Origin: Stegostoma tigrinum
Taxonomy: Eukaryota
Assembly: GCF_030684315.1 (NCBI RefSeq)
Contig: NC_081397.1
Location: forward strand, 13,974,421 to 14,038,420
DNA length: 64,000 nucleotides
Direction of reading: 5' to 3'
The notes below the pieces were generated by a model. The model saw nothing but the letters and a program-made list of their open reading frames with translations. It had not been told where the DNA came from and did not search any database. Made by a program: the position numbers and the translations under genes. Below are positions 12,110 through 25,949 of the stretch, piece after piece. Numbering within the stretch: the stretch's first letter is position 1; the number at the start of each line of letters is the position of its first letter.

Positions 12110-13745
12110 CAGAAACTGACAACTATAGACTGATAACTAAACTGATATATCCACATTGTAGAAACTGACAGAGACTGACTGATAAATATGTTTACATATT
12201 CACACAGAAGTAGTTAGTCACTGCCTATTTCTGCGATACAAGTATGAGCTTATTATCAATCTGTTTATATTAGTTTCTGCCATGTGAATGTTTGAGTGCA
12301 GTTATCAGTTATCTGTCAGTTTGTGCACTGTGCATATGAGAGTGCAGTAATTAATCTCTAGCTGTAAGCATCTGCTACTTCAAAACATGAGTATAATTAT
12401 CAATCCTTACCTGTTAGGTCCTGATATGTGAATGCATGAGTGCTGTGATCAATCTGTTCTTGTCCTTGTGCTCTGTGAAATGTAGTTTTAAAATTTGTCC
12501 CTGTCAGTCTGATATGTGAATGCATGAGTGTATTTACCACTCTGTACCTGCCGGTTTCAGGTCTGGGAATATATAAATATAGTTGTCAATTTTTATCTGT
12601 CAGTTAATTCTTTGTCAATATGTGAATGATGTTAGCTGGAACTAACTGATAGCAAGTGATATGTTAATATGTGAGTGCAGTTCTGGATCTGTACCAATCA
12701 GGTTCTGCTCTTTGAATATGATTTCAGTTATCAATTTATGCCTGTCAGTTTCTGCTCTGTCAATCTTGGAATATAGATATCAATACATAATTGGCAAACT
12801 CTGTTCTGTGAAAATTAATTTAGTTATTCAAACGTACTGTTCAGATGATGCCAAATGAGCCTGGGCATGATATTTTTATTCTGTCCATGTCAGTTTCTGC
12901 TATGTGCATATGTCAATGTCATTATTATTCTGCACCTGTCAGTTTCTGGTTTGTGAATGTGAGGATTTAGTTATTAATCTCTACCTGTCAGTTTCAGCTA
13001 AAAGAATGAGAGTTTCACTGCTGATTTCTGCCTGTCAGTTTCTGCTCTGTCTATGTGAGTTTAACAATCAGTCTATTCCTCTCAGACTGCTGTGTGAATA
13101 TGTTTGTGTAGTTATCAATCTGTACACTTTCAGCCTCTGCTTTGTGAATATGTTTGTGTAATTCTCAGTCTATCACTTGCAGTTTCTGTTATGTCAATAT
13201 ATGAGTTTAGTTATCAGTGAATACCTGTCAGTTTCTTCTGTGTGAATATGTACATGTCATTGTCAATCAGTACCTACGGCAGCAGATGAGTGTAGTTATT
13301 GCTCTATGCCTGTCAGTTTCTGCTCTGTGCATCGGTGAGTGAAGTTACCAATCTGTCCCCGTCAGTTATTTGAAACCAAGACTATTACAAACAATCATTC
13401 TGCTTTGGGAATGTGTGATTTTACCCATCAATTTCCACCTATGAGTTTCTGGCTTTGAATAGGCAAATGCATTTATCAATGTGTACCAGTCAGTTTTTAT
13501 TCTGTGAATTTGTGTCTAACAACATTATTCTTGCTGTCAGTATCTGCAACATAAATGTGAGGCTGCATTTCCCCATCTCTCCAGTCAGTTTCTGCTGTGT
13601 GAATGGCCAAGTCAAATTATCAGTCCATGTCCGTTCCTGTTATTTGAATGTGAATATGTGATTCATCATCAATTTTCTTTTGTGTGTTTCTGGAATGTGA
13701 ATGAGTCAGTGTAGGTATCAATCTGTATCTGTCAGTTTCTACTGT
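12110..13745 (+). repeat. Largest degenerate ~49-bp minisatellite array
   Basis: Consensus approx gttatcaatctgtacctgtcagtttctgctgtgtgaatatgtgagtgta; first ~100 bp inverted. Confidence 0.85.
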
Positions 13746-14884
13746 TGTGTATCAATGTGCCTTGATTCTCTTGCAGCCAGTAATATTCTCTGTGACTATG
13801 CAACATATTCTGACATAGCTAATAAGACATTGAGGCTGGGTATTAATCTCTTCGGCATTTTGAGACTTCTGAGTTCGTTATCAGTTGGCAGGATCTAGGA
13901 GGGGTCATATAAATGGGACTGGTTTCCTATGAGAACCATTCTGAATCAACAACACAATTTACAGTTTATGTGCTGAGTATGGGTTTTATATACCGATCGT
14001 ATCAGATGCTGATTCTCTGTCTCAGTACGGGATTTGTTTTTTCAGGTTTCCGTAGATTCATTTTTTTTGTATTGGGCATTGTTCGTGCTCTTTCTTAAAG
14101 ATTTTGTTTTGCACCTCTCTGTCTATTTCTATGTTATATTTTTAAACTAATACTCTATACAACAGAATATCATTTACGTCATTACCAGGATCAAAATCAA
14201 GATGAGGTGCAGCGTGGAAGCAGACCATTCAGCCCACTGTGCTTGCACTGGGACATTCTATTCTGCATACTAGTTTCCAGTAATTGTTGGAATTGTGAAC
14301 TTCTTCCACTCACTGCCAGTGTCTGTTAGTGCCAATTTGACATTAGTTCTCCAGTTATCAGCATTTGAATAGCTGCAGTGCTAGCTTCATGATGTCTGCA
14401 ACCATCTCAGGTACAGTAGATATTCACTGACTCTGTACGATTAATATTAATATTACACTGGGATTAATATTACACTGACATTTGTCCGTACCATGAGGAC
14501 TAACATGATTGTGCTGTAGGGAAGGTCGAGATGAACATCAAGCCCTTTGTTGAAAATTGAAACAAAAAATTGAAAGAGATACACAATGTTAAAAAAGAAA
14601 TATTTACTCCTGTAAGGTGAAGAAATGATAAGGGTGAGGATAGCAGTTCCTCTTCAGCCTCCATACATTCATGGAAATAGAATGCTGGCTGATTGGGATT
14701 TTAAAAGTTGTTCACCATTTTTAAAAAATGGTGCGGATGCAACGGGCTGATGGGCCTTTCTCTTGTGCTGTAGAGTTCTGTAACTTGAGGGTGTTAGTGG
14801 AGATCATTTTGAGTCTATCATTTTCTATGATTTGCAGTGAACACAAAACAATTTAGTTGTTCCACATTGACTGACTGAAGGTCT

Positions 14885-14894
<10 letters not shown>

Positions 14895-14939
<45 letters not shown>

Positions 14940-14953
14940 TGAGAGGAGGAGAG
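14895..14953. repeat. (GT)n(GA)n microsatellite
   Basis: Direct. Confidence 0.95.
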
Positions 14954-15250
14954 AATTATTCATCAAAGGATTAATTCTGTCCTTCTCAGTCACTGATAAA
15001 CTTCATATAAACATGTTTCATCCACTTTAGTAACTCTTGGTGCACAGGTTCTTCCCATTTCTGTACTTAACATCTCACTGAGGTATGACTTTGAAACTAT
15101 GTTACAGCATGATCTATTGTTTGTCTTGATTGTAACTTTGAAAATGCCCTTATTCAATGCAGATTTAATGCTGTTCCTGAGTGTCTATTTCGGATGACCA
15201 ATCAGTCTATCCATCTTCAAAACTTGTGTCAACGTCAATGGGCTACATAC

Positions 15251-15332
15251 CTGCTGATTGTTAGCAGTAACTGGTCAGACTTGGCTTTGCACCGAGGAAA
15301 TAGAACATCATCCTGGTCCTTCAAGTATTTGC
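15251..15332 (-). CDS. 82-nt exon copy B (putative exon 2 of unknown gene alpha): KYLKDQDDVLFPRCKAKSDQLLLTIS
   Basis: cttcctccAG acceptor, GTATGT donor, in phase with exon 16177-16240. Confidence 0.5.
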
Positions 15333-15826
15333 CTGGAGGAAGTCAACATACAGAAAGTCTGACCGTATTGAAGTAATCAACATAACATTAAGTTCATAAT
15401 CATTGGGACGTGTGTTTGTTTTTAAAAGAAGAAAACTAGCAAATTGAACAGAACCAGAGGCTTTGTTCTCTGTTCTCCAGATCTGCTCCTTTTCTGGGGA
15501 TTCTCATTGTACTTTTTTTCCTGAAATAATTCGAAATCACATGAGTGAGGTCCAGAAACTGAGCAACAACTGTACTTTCATAAATGGGGCTATCCGAAGG
15601 AGCAGGCATGCATACATACACAGTTCAATATCCGGCTCCCAACACACTATCTGTGAAAAGGAAGAACAAAGGGCGCTATTTTAAATATTTCAGGTGAGAA
15701 ATTTAACCTAGGGACTCAATTAACTGTCCTTTTCAGGGTTATAACATGCCTCTAGTCTGTGTTTCCACTGTTCACGGCACTATGTCCAAAAACAGCGCGA
15801 AACTGAAGCCGAACAATGAATTTCCA

Positions 15827-15924
15827 GAGATAATGGGAACTGCAGATGCTGGAGATTCCAAGATAATAAAATGTGAGGCTGGATGAACACAGCAGGCCAA
15901 GCAGCATCTCAGGAGCACAAAAGC
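15827..15924 (-). mobile_element. Short Penelope pLTR-derived insertion
   Basis: gagataatgggaactgcagatgctgg..ggagcacaaaagc; flanked by duplicated tttcca; absent from paralogues at 42.3 and 47.3 kb. Confidence 0.85.
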
Positions 15925-16176
15925 TTTCCATCAGTGTTTAGAAGACTAAAAGCTACAAGCCTGACCCCCAGCAGCAGCTTCTTGCCGCTGTGTCTCCCTC
16001 AACAGGCCCACACACAGCCCGAGAAAAGCCTCCCTCTCCCCGCCCACAGGCCGCTCACTCCAAGTTCCGGGACCAGTTCCTGCTCCGCTCCGCCTCTTAC
16101 CAACAGCCCACGGTTCTCCCTGAACTGAACCCGAATCAATGCCGGTCTCGGAGCCCCCTCTGTGCCCCAGACTCAC

Positions 16177-16240
16177 ATCTCGATGCGCTGCTGGAAGGAG
16201 CCTGCTGTTCCCTCGCTTCCCTGGGCGCTGGTCTCTCCAT
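16177..16240 (-). CDS. Putative first coding exon of unknown gene alpha: MERPAPREAREQQAPSSSASR
   Basis: Kozak gccgcaATGG, donor GTGAGT at 16171-16176, identical in three copies. Confidence 0.5.
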
Positions 16241-16274
16241 TGCGGCCTGTTTCAAACTAACCTCTTCCACTCAC

Positions 16275-16325
16275 TGACTCAATGCCCCACAATGGCAGCG
16301 CTGGGAGAGGGCCTCACGCATGCGC
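16275..16325 (-). promoter_or_regulatory. CpG-rich promoter with NRF1-like CGCATGCGC and AP-1 TGACTCA
   Basis: cgcatgcgc 16317-16325 and tgactca 16275-16281, just upstream of the exon. Confidence 0.55.
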
Positions 16326-16589
16326 TCCTCTGGGTTGTGTGTGACAAAGGGAAATGCAGGGTTGCGGGGAAATGGCGGTGCGATGGGTCTGGGAGGGGAT
16401 GCTGTTCAGTGGGTCGGTGTGGAATTTTAGTTGGGCTGAAGTGTCTGTTTCCACACTGTAGGGATTCTATGATGATTCTATGAAGCGTGCTGTAGATTAG
16501 GCGCATAATTACGAACTATATGCCAATGTTTTGTTCTGCTCATGTCACCTCCCTTACTGTTTTCATATAGAAAAAAAGTTAGAGCATCA

Positions 16590-16775
16590 TTTTGAATGCT
16601 TCCTCCCGCAGTCCAAAGGTGTGAAAGCTATGCTATTGGCTATGCTAAATTGCCCGTGGTGCCCAGAGATGTTTGGGTTCTGTGGGTCAGACATGAGAAG
16701 TAAAGGGTAGGGGAATAGGTCTGGGTCGGGTGCTGAGGACTTGTTGGGCCAAATGGCCTGGAGCGGTTCTATGTA
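16590..16775 (+). mobile_element. HE1-like SINE 3' part
   Basis: ttcctcccgcagtccaaaggtgtg..attggctatgctaaattgccc..gggccaaatggcct. Confidence 0.65.
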
Positions 16776-16789
16776 TGGCAGCATCTAAG

Positions 16790-17330
16790 AAGGAAAAAGA
16801 AACAAAATTAACATTCTGCGTCCAGTGACCTTTCTGCAGAATTGATGGTGGCTGGGAAAACGTCAGTTTATATGCTGATAAAAGGGGAGTGTGATGGGGT
16901 TTGGAATAAATGTTAGGATAGAGCCTAACAGAGAGAAGAACACTTGGACAGAGTCGATAACGATCAGGCTGGGATGTTGAATAGTAATTAATGGGAACTC
17001 TTAGTGGGTGGTGGATAATGGCAGGGTATGTGGTAACAAGGCCTTGTGAGGGGTAGAGTTTAGGCCCAAAAATATTGATCTCGATACTGGGTCTGGAGGG
17101 CTGCAGGGACCCAAGTGGAAGATGAGGTATTGTTCTTCTAGCTTGTGTTGAGCTTCAATGGAACTCTACAGCAAGACAGAGACAGAGATGTTGGACTGGA
17201 AACGGGGTGGTGCATTAAAGTGACAGGCAACAGGAAGTTCAAGGTCTTTTTTGCAAGCAGAACATAGATGTTGTGCAAAATGATTACCCAGTCTATGCTC
17301 TGTTTCACAACTGGGTGTTTTAAGAGAATT
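16790..17330 (-). mobile_element. Decayed Penelope-like element 3' end (GIY-YIG remnant)
   Basis: HRLGNHFAQHLCSACKKDLELPVACHFN, homologous to the 18.8 kb endonuclease. Confidence 0.7.
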
Positions 17331-17389
17331 TGGACAGTCTTTGTTACTGGGCAAGAATAATGCAGACATTTCAAAGAAAAAAATGCCAG

Positions 17390-18010
17390 CTGTGGACATC
17401 ACTGACTGGTCTGAGCGTTGATTGACCCTCCTGAAATGCCCGTGAGAAGGTGGTAGTGAACTGCCTTCCTGAACCGTTGCAATCTCTGAGCTGCAGGTCG
17501 GCCCACATTGCCATTAGTAAGGGAATTGCAGGATTTTCACGGATTGGCACAGACTGAACGGCCAATATAATTCCAAGTCAGGATGGTGAGTGTCTTGGAG
17601 AAGATCTTGCAGTTCGTGCAGTTCCCATGAACCTGCTGCTGCTGTCTTTCAAGATGGAAGTAGTTGTGGGTTTGGTAGGTGCTATCTAATTTTATATTTG
17701 AGAGAGTGGATGTTTGTGAATGTGGTGCCAATTAACCAGGAGCAGCTTTTTCATGGATAGTACCTTGCTTGCCGTGTGCAGTTGGAGCTGCACTAATACA
17801 GGTAATGGGGGCTACAGAGGGGAAACCTTTACATTCCTGACTTGAATGTTGGAGATTTTGGACAGGTTTGAGAAATCAGGAGGGAAGTTACTTGCTGCAG
17901 TATCCATAGCCTTGGCCCTGTTATTGTAGCCATTGCATTCATCGGATGAGTCCGGTTCAATTTGTCCTTCATAGTAGCTCCCAGGATGTTGACAGTGGAG
18001 GATACAATGA
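17390..18010 (-). mobile_element. Old LINE fragment (L2/CR1-like); related copies at ~38990-39340 and 43500-43760
   Basis: Shared gagaaggtggt..ctgccttc..ttccaagtcaggatggtg sequence; VNILGATM..LNRT..N remnant. Confidence 0.5.
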
Positions 18011-18166
18011 TGCTGAGGCCCAAGCCAAAGGATGCCTTACTGCACGACTCTGTGACACAGTTTTACCCTCACACACACTGATCAGACTTGATATAGACTC
18101 CATCCACCCTAACAGCAAGGTCTATCACTACAACCCCCACTACAATCCCGAATCTCTCTGGTATTG

Positions 18167-19698
18167 GAGATAATGGGAACTGCAGATGCTGGAGAATTCC
18201 AAGATAATAAAATGTGAGGCTGGATGAACACAGCAGGCCAAGCAGCATCTCAGGAGCACAAAAGCTGACGTTTCGGGCCTAGACCCTTCATCAGAGAGGG
18301 GGATGGGGAGAGGGTTCTGGAATAAATAGGGAGAGAGGGGGAGGCGGGCTGAAGATGGAGAGTAAAGAAGATCGGTGGAGAGAGTATAGGTGGGGAAGTA
18401 CGGAGGGGATAGGTCAGTCCAGGGAAGACGGACAGGTCAAGGAGGTGGGATGAGGTTAGTAGGTAGATGGGGGTGCGGCTTGGGGTGGGAGGAAGGGATG
18501 GGTGAGAGGAAGAACCGGTTAGGGAGGCAGAGACAGGTTGGACTGGTTTTGGGATGCAGTGGGTGGGGGGGAAGAGCTGGGCTGGTTGTGTGGTGCAGTG
18601 GGGGGAGGGGACGAACTGGGCTGGTTTAGGGATGTAGTTGGGGAAGGGGAGATTTTGAAACTGGTGAAGTCCACATTGATCCCATTAGGCTGCAGGGTTC
18701 CCAGGTGGAATATGAGTTGCTGTTCCTGCAACCTTCGGGTGGCATCATTGTGGCAGTGCAGGAGGCCCATGATGGACATGTCATCTAAAGAATGGGAGGG
18801 GGAGTGGAAATGGTTTGTGACTGGGACGCAAGTGTAGCCCACACCTCCTCCCTCACCCCTATCCCAGGCCCCAAGATGACATTTCACATTAAGCAGAGGT
18901 TCACCTGCACATCTGCCAATGTGGTATATTGCATCCACTGTACCCGGTGCGGCTTCCTCTACATTGGGGAAACCAAGCGGAGGCTTGGAGACCGCCTTGC
19001 AGAACACCTCCGCTCAGTTTGCAACAAACAACTGCACCTCCCAGTCGCAAACCATTTCCACTCCCCCTCCCATTCTTTAGATGACATGTCCATCATGGGC
19101 CTCCTGCACTGCCACAATGATGCCACCCGAAGGTTGCAGGAACAGCAACTCATATTCCGCTTGGGAACCCTGCAGCCATATGGTATCAATGTGGACTTCA
19201 CCAGTTTCAAAATCTCCCCTTCCCCTACTGCATACCAAAACCAGCCCAGTTCATCCCCTCCCCCCACTGCACCACACAACCAGACCATCTCTTCCCCCCC
19301 ACCCACTGCATCCCAAAACCAGTCCAACCTGCCTCTGCCTCCCTAACCGGTTCTCCCTCTCACCCATCCCTTCCTCCCACCCCAATCCGCACCCCCATCT
19401 ACCTACTCACCTCATCCCACCTCCTTGACCTGTCCGTCTTCCCTGGACTGACCTATCCCCTTCCTACCTCCCCACCTATACTCTCTCCACCTATCTTCTT
19501 TACTCTCCATCTTCGGCCCGCCTCCCCCTCTCTCCCTATTTATTCCAGTTCCCTCTCCCCATCCCCCTCTCTGATGAAGGGTCCAGGCCCGAAACGTCAG
19601 CTTTTGTGCTCCTGAGATGCTGCTTGGCCTGCTGTGTTCATCCAGCCTCACATTTTACTATCTTGGAATTCTCCAGCATCTGCAGTTCCCATTATCTC
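18167..19698 (+). mobile_element. Young Penelope-like (Neptune-type) element: GIY-YIG 3' end plus pLTR with a ~660-bp inverted duplication
   Basis: ORF 18792-19346 FTCTSANVVYCIHCTRCGFLYIGETKRRLGDRLAEH; arms 18167-18826 and 19039-19698 are near-identical inverted repeats. Confidence 0.9.
19571..19600 (+). ncRNA. Minimal hammerhead-ribozyme-like core in the pLTR
   Basis: CTGATGA-aGGGtccaggCCC-GAAAC-GTC; mirror copy at 18265-18294 (-). Confidence 0.6.
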
Positions 19699-20002
19699 TG
19701 CTTTTAAAATTGTATCAGTGATATCAGCTTTTGTGCTCCTGAGATGCTGCTTGGCCTGCTGTGTTCATCCAGCTTCATACTTTGTCATCTTGCTTTTAAA
19801 ATATCCAGGTTTTATTATCTTTGAATAGAAGTTTGAGTCTGCATGTTTTCTGCCGGGCCTTGTGTTCACTGCGCTTGTGGAGAAAAGGTTTAGTTCCAGA
19901 TCCAGTTGGGGGCGGCAGTCAGCTGTAGGCGGAGCTGGACATTTCTCTGTGTGTCACTCAGTTTTCTGCCCGGGTATCCTCTCACTCCCTGTCAGCTGTT
20001 TC

Positions 20003-20032
20003 TCAGTCAGGTCGGGGCGGGCTGTATAAAAA
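20003..20032 (+). promoter_or_regulatory. H4 promoter: H4 subtype element-like tcagtcaggtcgg, GC box, TATAAA
   Basis: ggggcggg 20014-20021, tataaa 20025-20030. Confidence 0.75.
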
Positions 20033-20078
20033 TGGAAGGCGAGGCAGCTCGGCTCTCACTCGGCAGCGATTGGAGTGA

Positions 20079-20399
<321 letters not shown>

Positions 20400-20429
20400 G
20401 CAAATCAACCCTTTTCCAGCGAACCCAAA

Positions 20430-20445
20430 GGCTCTTTTCAGAGCC
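20430..20445 (+). terminator. Histone 3' stem-loop (H4), purine-rich HDE ~20463-20470
   Basis: ccaaaGGCTCTTTTCAGAGCCaccca. Confidence 0.97.
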
Positions 20446-20810
20446 ACCCAAACCCTCCGCCTGAGAGCGGAGACCTGAGAATGGGGAACCAGCACATTGG
20501 GCTGGTGCAGCGACTTTTAATTTTGCACCAAGCCTTTAGGAAATATATTAACTTCGTGTCCCGCGTTGCAAGAGAGAGAGCAAGATTGTTAAATTATACT
20601 GTCTGCAGTAACGTGTTTTATAATCAAGATATCCCTGCACTACAGATAGAGGTTTCACGGCCAGTCGATACGATACGGTTCTGCAGCTGGTTATGTCAGA
20701 TACAGAAGGAGCGGCCGGCTCCGTCATGCGACCATGGCTGATCTGTTTCTCAACCCTAAATCTTTGATTCTCTTCCATGTGAATACCAGTCTATCAGTAA
20801 TAACACCAGT

Positions 20811-20926
20811 GATAATGGGAACTGCAGATGCTGGAGAATCCAAGATAATAAAATGTGAGGATGGATGAACACAGCAGCATCTCAGGAGCACAAAAGCTGA
20901 CGTTTCGGGCCTAGACCCTTCATCAG
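20811..20926 (-). mobile_element. Short Penelope pLTR-derived insertion with hammerhead-like core (20897-20926)
   Basis: Same sequence as the 18167 end; aacaccag repeated on both flanks. Confidence 0.85.
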
Positions 20927-21302
20927 AATAACAACACCAGCTGTCCATACCATGAATAATAATTTGCTCTGTCCGTAACTTTGGGCCCAGGCGCTAATGA
21001 TATATACTACAGTGTTTGTACTTCATTGACGCTCCCAGGAATGATAATTTGTTCAGTTTTGATTCTGGTAGCCGTGCCGAGGTTTTAGTGGCGTGTTCAT
21101 TCCACCTGCCTGTTAGAGATGGTCAGGAAATGATTCAGAGCCCACTCCGCGCTGACTGCAAGTTAGGTTCACAAGAAAATTTTGTAAAACATAAGATATC
21201 ATCTTAGGCGCAGGCGCATGGGACTTTGCTTTTTAATATTATGTAAGCTCAGGCTGAAATCGGCGGGCGATTTGAAATTGACCAACTGTCATTTGAAGTT
21301 AA

Positions 21303-21426
21303 CCAATCAGTCTCCAATAATTATTTTACTGCCTTTTCTGTCCTTCAGTGGCTGTTTCTCGGGGATTTGAGGGACGGGACTGTATCCAATCCCAGCTCTT
21401 GGGCGGGCTCTCCATTCCCTTAAATA
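21303..21426 (+). promoter_or_regulatory. H3 promoter: three CCAAT boxes, GC box, TATA-like ttaaata
   Basis: ccaat at 21303, 21314 and 21386; ttaaata 21420-21426. Confidence 0.75.
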
Positions 21427-21457
21427 GGCAGCGCCGCAGCACGATCAGCATTGATAG

Positions 21458-21895
<438 letters not shown>

Positions 21896-21939
21896 ACGGA
21901 GCGTGCCCGGCCCTGTACATTCACCCCGAGAAACACAAC

Positions 21940-21955
21940 GGCTCTTTTCAGAGCC
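21940..21955 (+). terminator. Histone 3' stem-loop (H3), HDE gagagagcag
   Basis: GGCTCTTTTCAGAGCC. Confidence 0.97.
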
Positions 21956-22656
21956 ACTAAACTGTCCCGAGAGAGCAGCAATCGTCAGGCACTGGACTTT
22001 AGTTAATGTCAACACACAGCATGCTATTGATGTCTCAATGCAACAAGAGTTACAGAAAATGAATGGGTCTGGGATGCACGAATTGATATTGAAGACGAAG
22101 CAACTCGGGACAATCAGGTTTATAAATTTTCAGTAATCACAACAAATTCAAGTACTGCATTCCACCCTTTATAATTGGTACATTTCCAATTGGACCGCCT
22201 GTGTGGGAATTGCTTCCCGTGGCGTTTCGCCAGCTGTAACTGAACTTGCCGGAGAAGGAGGGTGGGAAACAATTGCCAATTTCAAAACCCGCCACATTAT
22301 ACAAATGATTTTTGTAGTTTTGGCCATGCAATCGAAATTTTGCCCAATCTCCCACAAGTGTATTCGATCCTCTGGGGATGGTCGGTTCTGTCTCGCATGG
22401 CATCTTTCTGGGGCCGAGCTATTCCATGTCTCATGTTCCCTGGATGGGGATACCGCTTTGAGTCACTATTTAAAGTCGCAGTCGCTGTCCCTGCAGCAAA
22501 CCCTCCAACTTTATTCGTCCCGTTCTAGTTTTATCACTGTTAAAGCGAAAACAAAAGGGATGATTTTTGCGCGTTTAGAGGACCGTGTTTGCACATAAAA
22601 TGAAAATTAGTTAGCCAGCAGTGAAAGTCTAGCTGCTTTTCACTGATATTGTGGGT

Positions 22657-22672
22657 GGCTCTTAAAAGAGCC
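22657..22672 (-). terminator. Histone 3' stem-loop (H2A)
   Basis: Reverse complement of GGCTCTTTTAAGAGCC. Confidence 0.97.
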
Positions 22673-22700
22673 TTTGGGTTGTCAGATTCAAGAAGTGTCT

Positions 22701-23347
<647 letters not shown>

Positions 23348-24941
23348 ATTTCGAAATGGGTAGAAGTTTTACAAAGAAGAATGCGTTCTTACTTCGGATA
23401 ATTTACTTTTAGAATACACCTATATACGTCACACCATCTCTCTCTGATTTCCCGGCCTAGTTGAAACCAACTATTTTTGATCTTGAATTCCCTCCACCCC
23501 GCGAAAAAACTTAACATTAAGCGGAAGGGGGAAAGAAAAGCCCGCCGAAAGTTATTCTCTGCACAGATAGAATTTAATTCACATCTACACCCGGATATAA
23601 TAATCAAAGTATCACACAACTGTTTCTTTCTCGTTGAACTCAATACTGCTTTAAACAATATTTTACAATCTCGCTCCCTATTGCACAAGATCAACAATAT
23701 TTCCACTTTTGTGATGCCAGTCCGGCAGCTGTTCTGCTTTCCTCTCGGTTCACTTGGAAATTTTCCCGCCGACTGCAGAAAGCCTCATTTACAGCTTTCT
23801 GCAAAACCGGATAGAACCCGCGGGGAGATTTGAAAATAAAACAAAATTCCTCTGCGTGGAAACCGTAGGAAAATACCGGCGCCAAATCATCAACCGTTTT
23901 CTGTCCGATTTGAAAAGCCCGCCAATATGGGCAATACGAGGAAGAGTTTTTACAAGTATTTTTGCGTTAATGCTTACGATTTAATTTCCTTTCAGTTAAA
24001 AATGTTCACTTCACATAATCTCTCTCTGTCACTCCCGAAGCAACACCGTTTTCCGAAAACATTGTAAAATAGCCCTCACTTATTGTGCTGGATCAGTCTT
24101 TCCGGATGGTCTCGGTTCATTTTGAAAGCCTCTCACCGACAGCAAAAAGCCCCACACACTGCAAACTGAAAAAAAAATCGGAAAAATTCCCTGACAATTT
24201 GGAAATTGAAAAAGGAATCGCGCGGCATTTCTCTTAATGGGACTCAAATAAGAGATCATAATTTTTCATTGCCACGGGTGAAATCCAGCGTTCATACCCC
24301 CATTGGGACAAATTTGAAAAACCCTCCAACATGTAGGATATAGGGGGAAAAGTTTCACAAAGAGGAATAAACAGTTTAATTTTTCTTTGAATTTAGTTCA
24401 CTTTCACATTACAAGTGCACGCTGATGTATTTATAAAAACTTACACAAAGTTTTTCGGGGTGAACGGGTTAAAACTTGAAACAATAGTTTGAAGTTGCCC
24501 TCCCATATTCTCCTTGAACACAGTTTCACACTTGCGACTGCAATCCTGGCTCGGGCTTTATCTCAGCTCATTTTGAAAGCCTCTCACCGACAGCTGATAT
24601 CCTCAATGACAAGTATCCCCCAACATCTGTTCGTGGGACTCGAGCAGTTAGTTTTCTTTCCAGGGGGTGAAATTCCTGATCAAGGGGTAAATAATAACTG
24701 GAACACAAAGGAGTTGTTGAAAAAAAAATGCCTGAGTGACGATGAATGTGCTTTCTGTACAGGGAGGGAGGAGAGACTGGGTAGGAAGGCAACCGAAACT
24801 AACCGACAGAGGGACAGGGACCGCACGTTAATGTTTAGAACGTTTGTGTAAACAAAGATAAAGATTAGGGACATTAATTATAGACACCGAGAATCATTTA
24901 CAAACGTAAAATGGTTCAACTGCTTCATTGAAATTGTGGGT

Positions 24942-24957
24942 GGCTCTGAAAAGAGCC
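24942..24957 (-). terminator. Histone 3' stem-loop (H2B)
   Basis: Reverse complement of GGCTCTTTTCAGAGCC. Confidence 0.97.
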
Positions 24958-25000
24958 GTTGGGTTTTGGATGTGTGTTTTTCTCAGCACAATGTGGGGTC

Positions 25001-25381
25001 TCACTTGGAGCTGGTGTACTTGGTCACCGCCTTTGTACCCTCCGACACGGCGTGCTTGGCCAGCTCCCCAGGCAGCAGCAGCCGCACCGCGGTCTGGATC
25101 TCCCGGGAGCTGATGGTCCTGCGCTTGTTGTAATGGGCCAGGCGGGAAGCCTCCCCTGCGATACGCTCGAAAATATCCTTGACGAACGAGTTCATGATGC
25201 TCATCGCCTTGGAGGAGATGCCGGTGTCGGGGTGAACCTGCTTCATCACTTTATAGATGTAGATGGCGTAACTTTCTTTCCTGGATCGTTTCTTTGTCTT
25301 GCCGCCTTTCCCCGGCGCCTTCTTGATGATTTTCTTGGCGCCCTTCTTCGAAGTTGCCTGCGCTTTCTTCTCATCCGGCAT
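25001..25381 (-). CDS. H2B: Histone H2B (126 aa)
   Basis: [50 protein letters not shown]. Confidence 0.99.
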   Translation of the reverse strand: MPDEKKAQATSKKGAKKIIKKAPGKGGKTKKRSRKESYAIYIYKVMKQVHPDTGISSKAMSIMNSFVKDIFERIAGEASRLAHYNKRRTISSREIQTAVRLLLPGELAKHAVSEGTKAVTKYTSSK

Positions 25382-25431
25382 CGTGTCGGTCGCTTTCAGA
25401 TACAATAAACGGAAGCAGGCTCGGAGCTCGC

Positions 25432-25545
25432 TTTTTATACGCTGCTGGCGTCAGCAATGCTCATGAGGGATGGGGGAAAAGTCTTGTTCCTGATTGGGTA
25501 GTTTACAAGAATGTCAGACCATGCGATTAGCCTTTCTGTGATTGG
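25432..25545 (-). promoter_or_regulatory. H2B promoter: TATAAAAA, CRE-like half site, degenerate octamer, two CCAAT boxes
   Basis: tttttata 25432-25439; atgctcat 25457-25464; attgg at 25493 and 25541. Confidence 0.7.
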
Positions 25546-25949
25546 TTAGTGTGAAACACAAAGTGGATCTGTTCGGATCTGCAACGAAATGTGAAACACA
25601 AACCGAAATTTTGTACACGGACCAAATTCCTAGCTCCTTGCAGTTGAACTTGTTCCTGTCATCCACTAACATTTTGAACACTACCTCCGAGATTTTAATT
25701 GTGACAGGGTGTTTTATTCTGCTCATAGTAATCTTTTGTGAGTGAAATGTTACCTTGTTTCATCACTAGCTGAGATTTCCTTATTAGGCTGTGGGCAGGA
25801 TTGTATTGTTCAGACATTCGGGTTTATTGAGGGACACTTTGCCGAATATCTGTCAGTCTCTGCATTATGAGAATGGGAGTGCAGTTCTCGATCTGTCCCT
25901 GTCTGTTTAGGCAGTATGAATGATGATTATTCTCTCATAAATCAGTCCC

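Noticed and set aside
12110-13745. CRISPR-like periodicity
   Set aside because: Eukaryotic context, whole unit degenerate, no constant repeat with unique spacers, no cas genes
15990-16483. Plus-strand ORFs across the repeated cassette (e.g. MPVSEPPLCPR)
   Set aside because: Ends differ between copies; Kozak, donor and promoter motifs all point to the opposite strand
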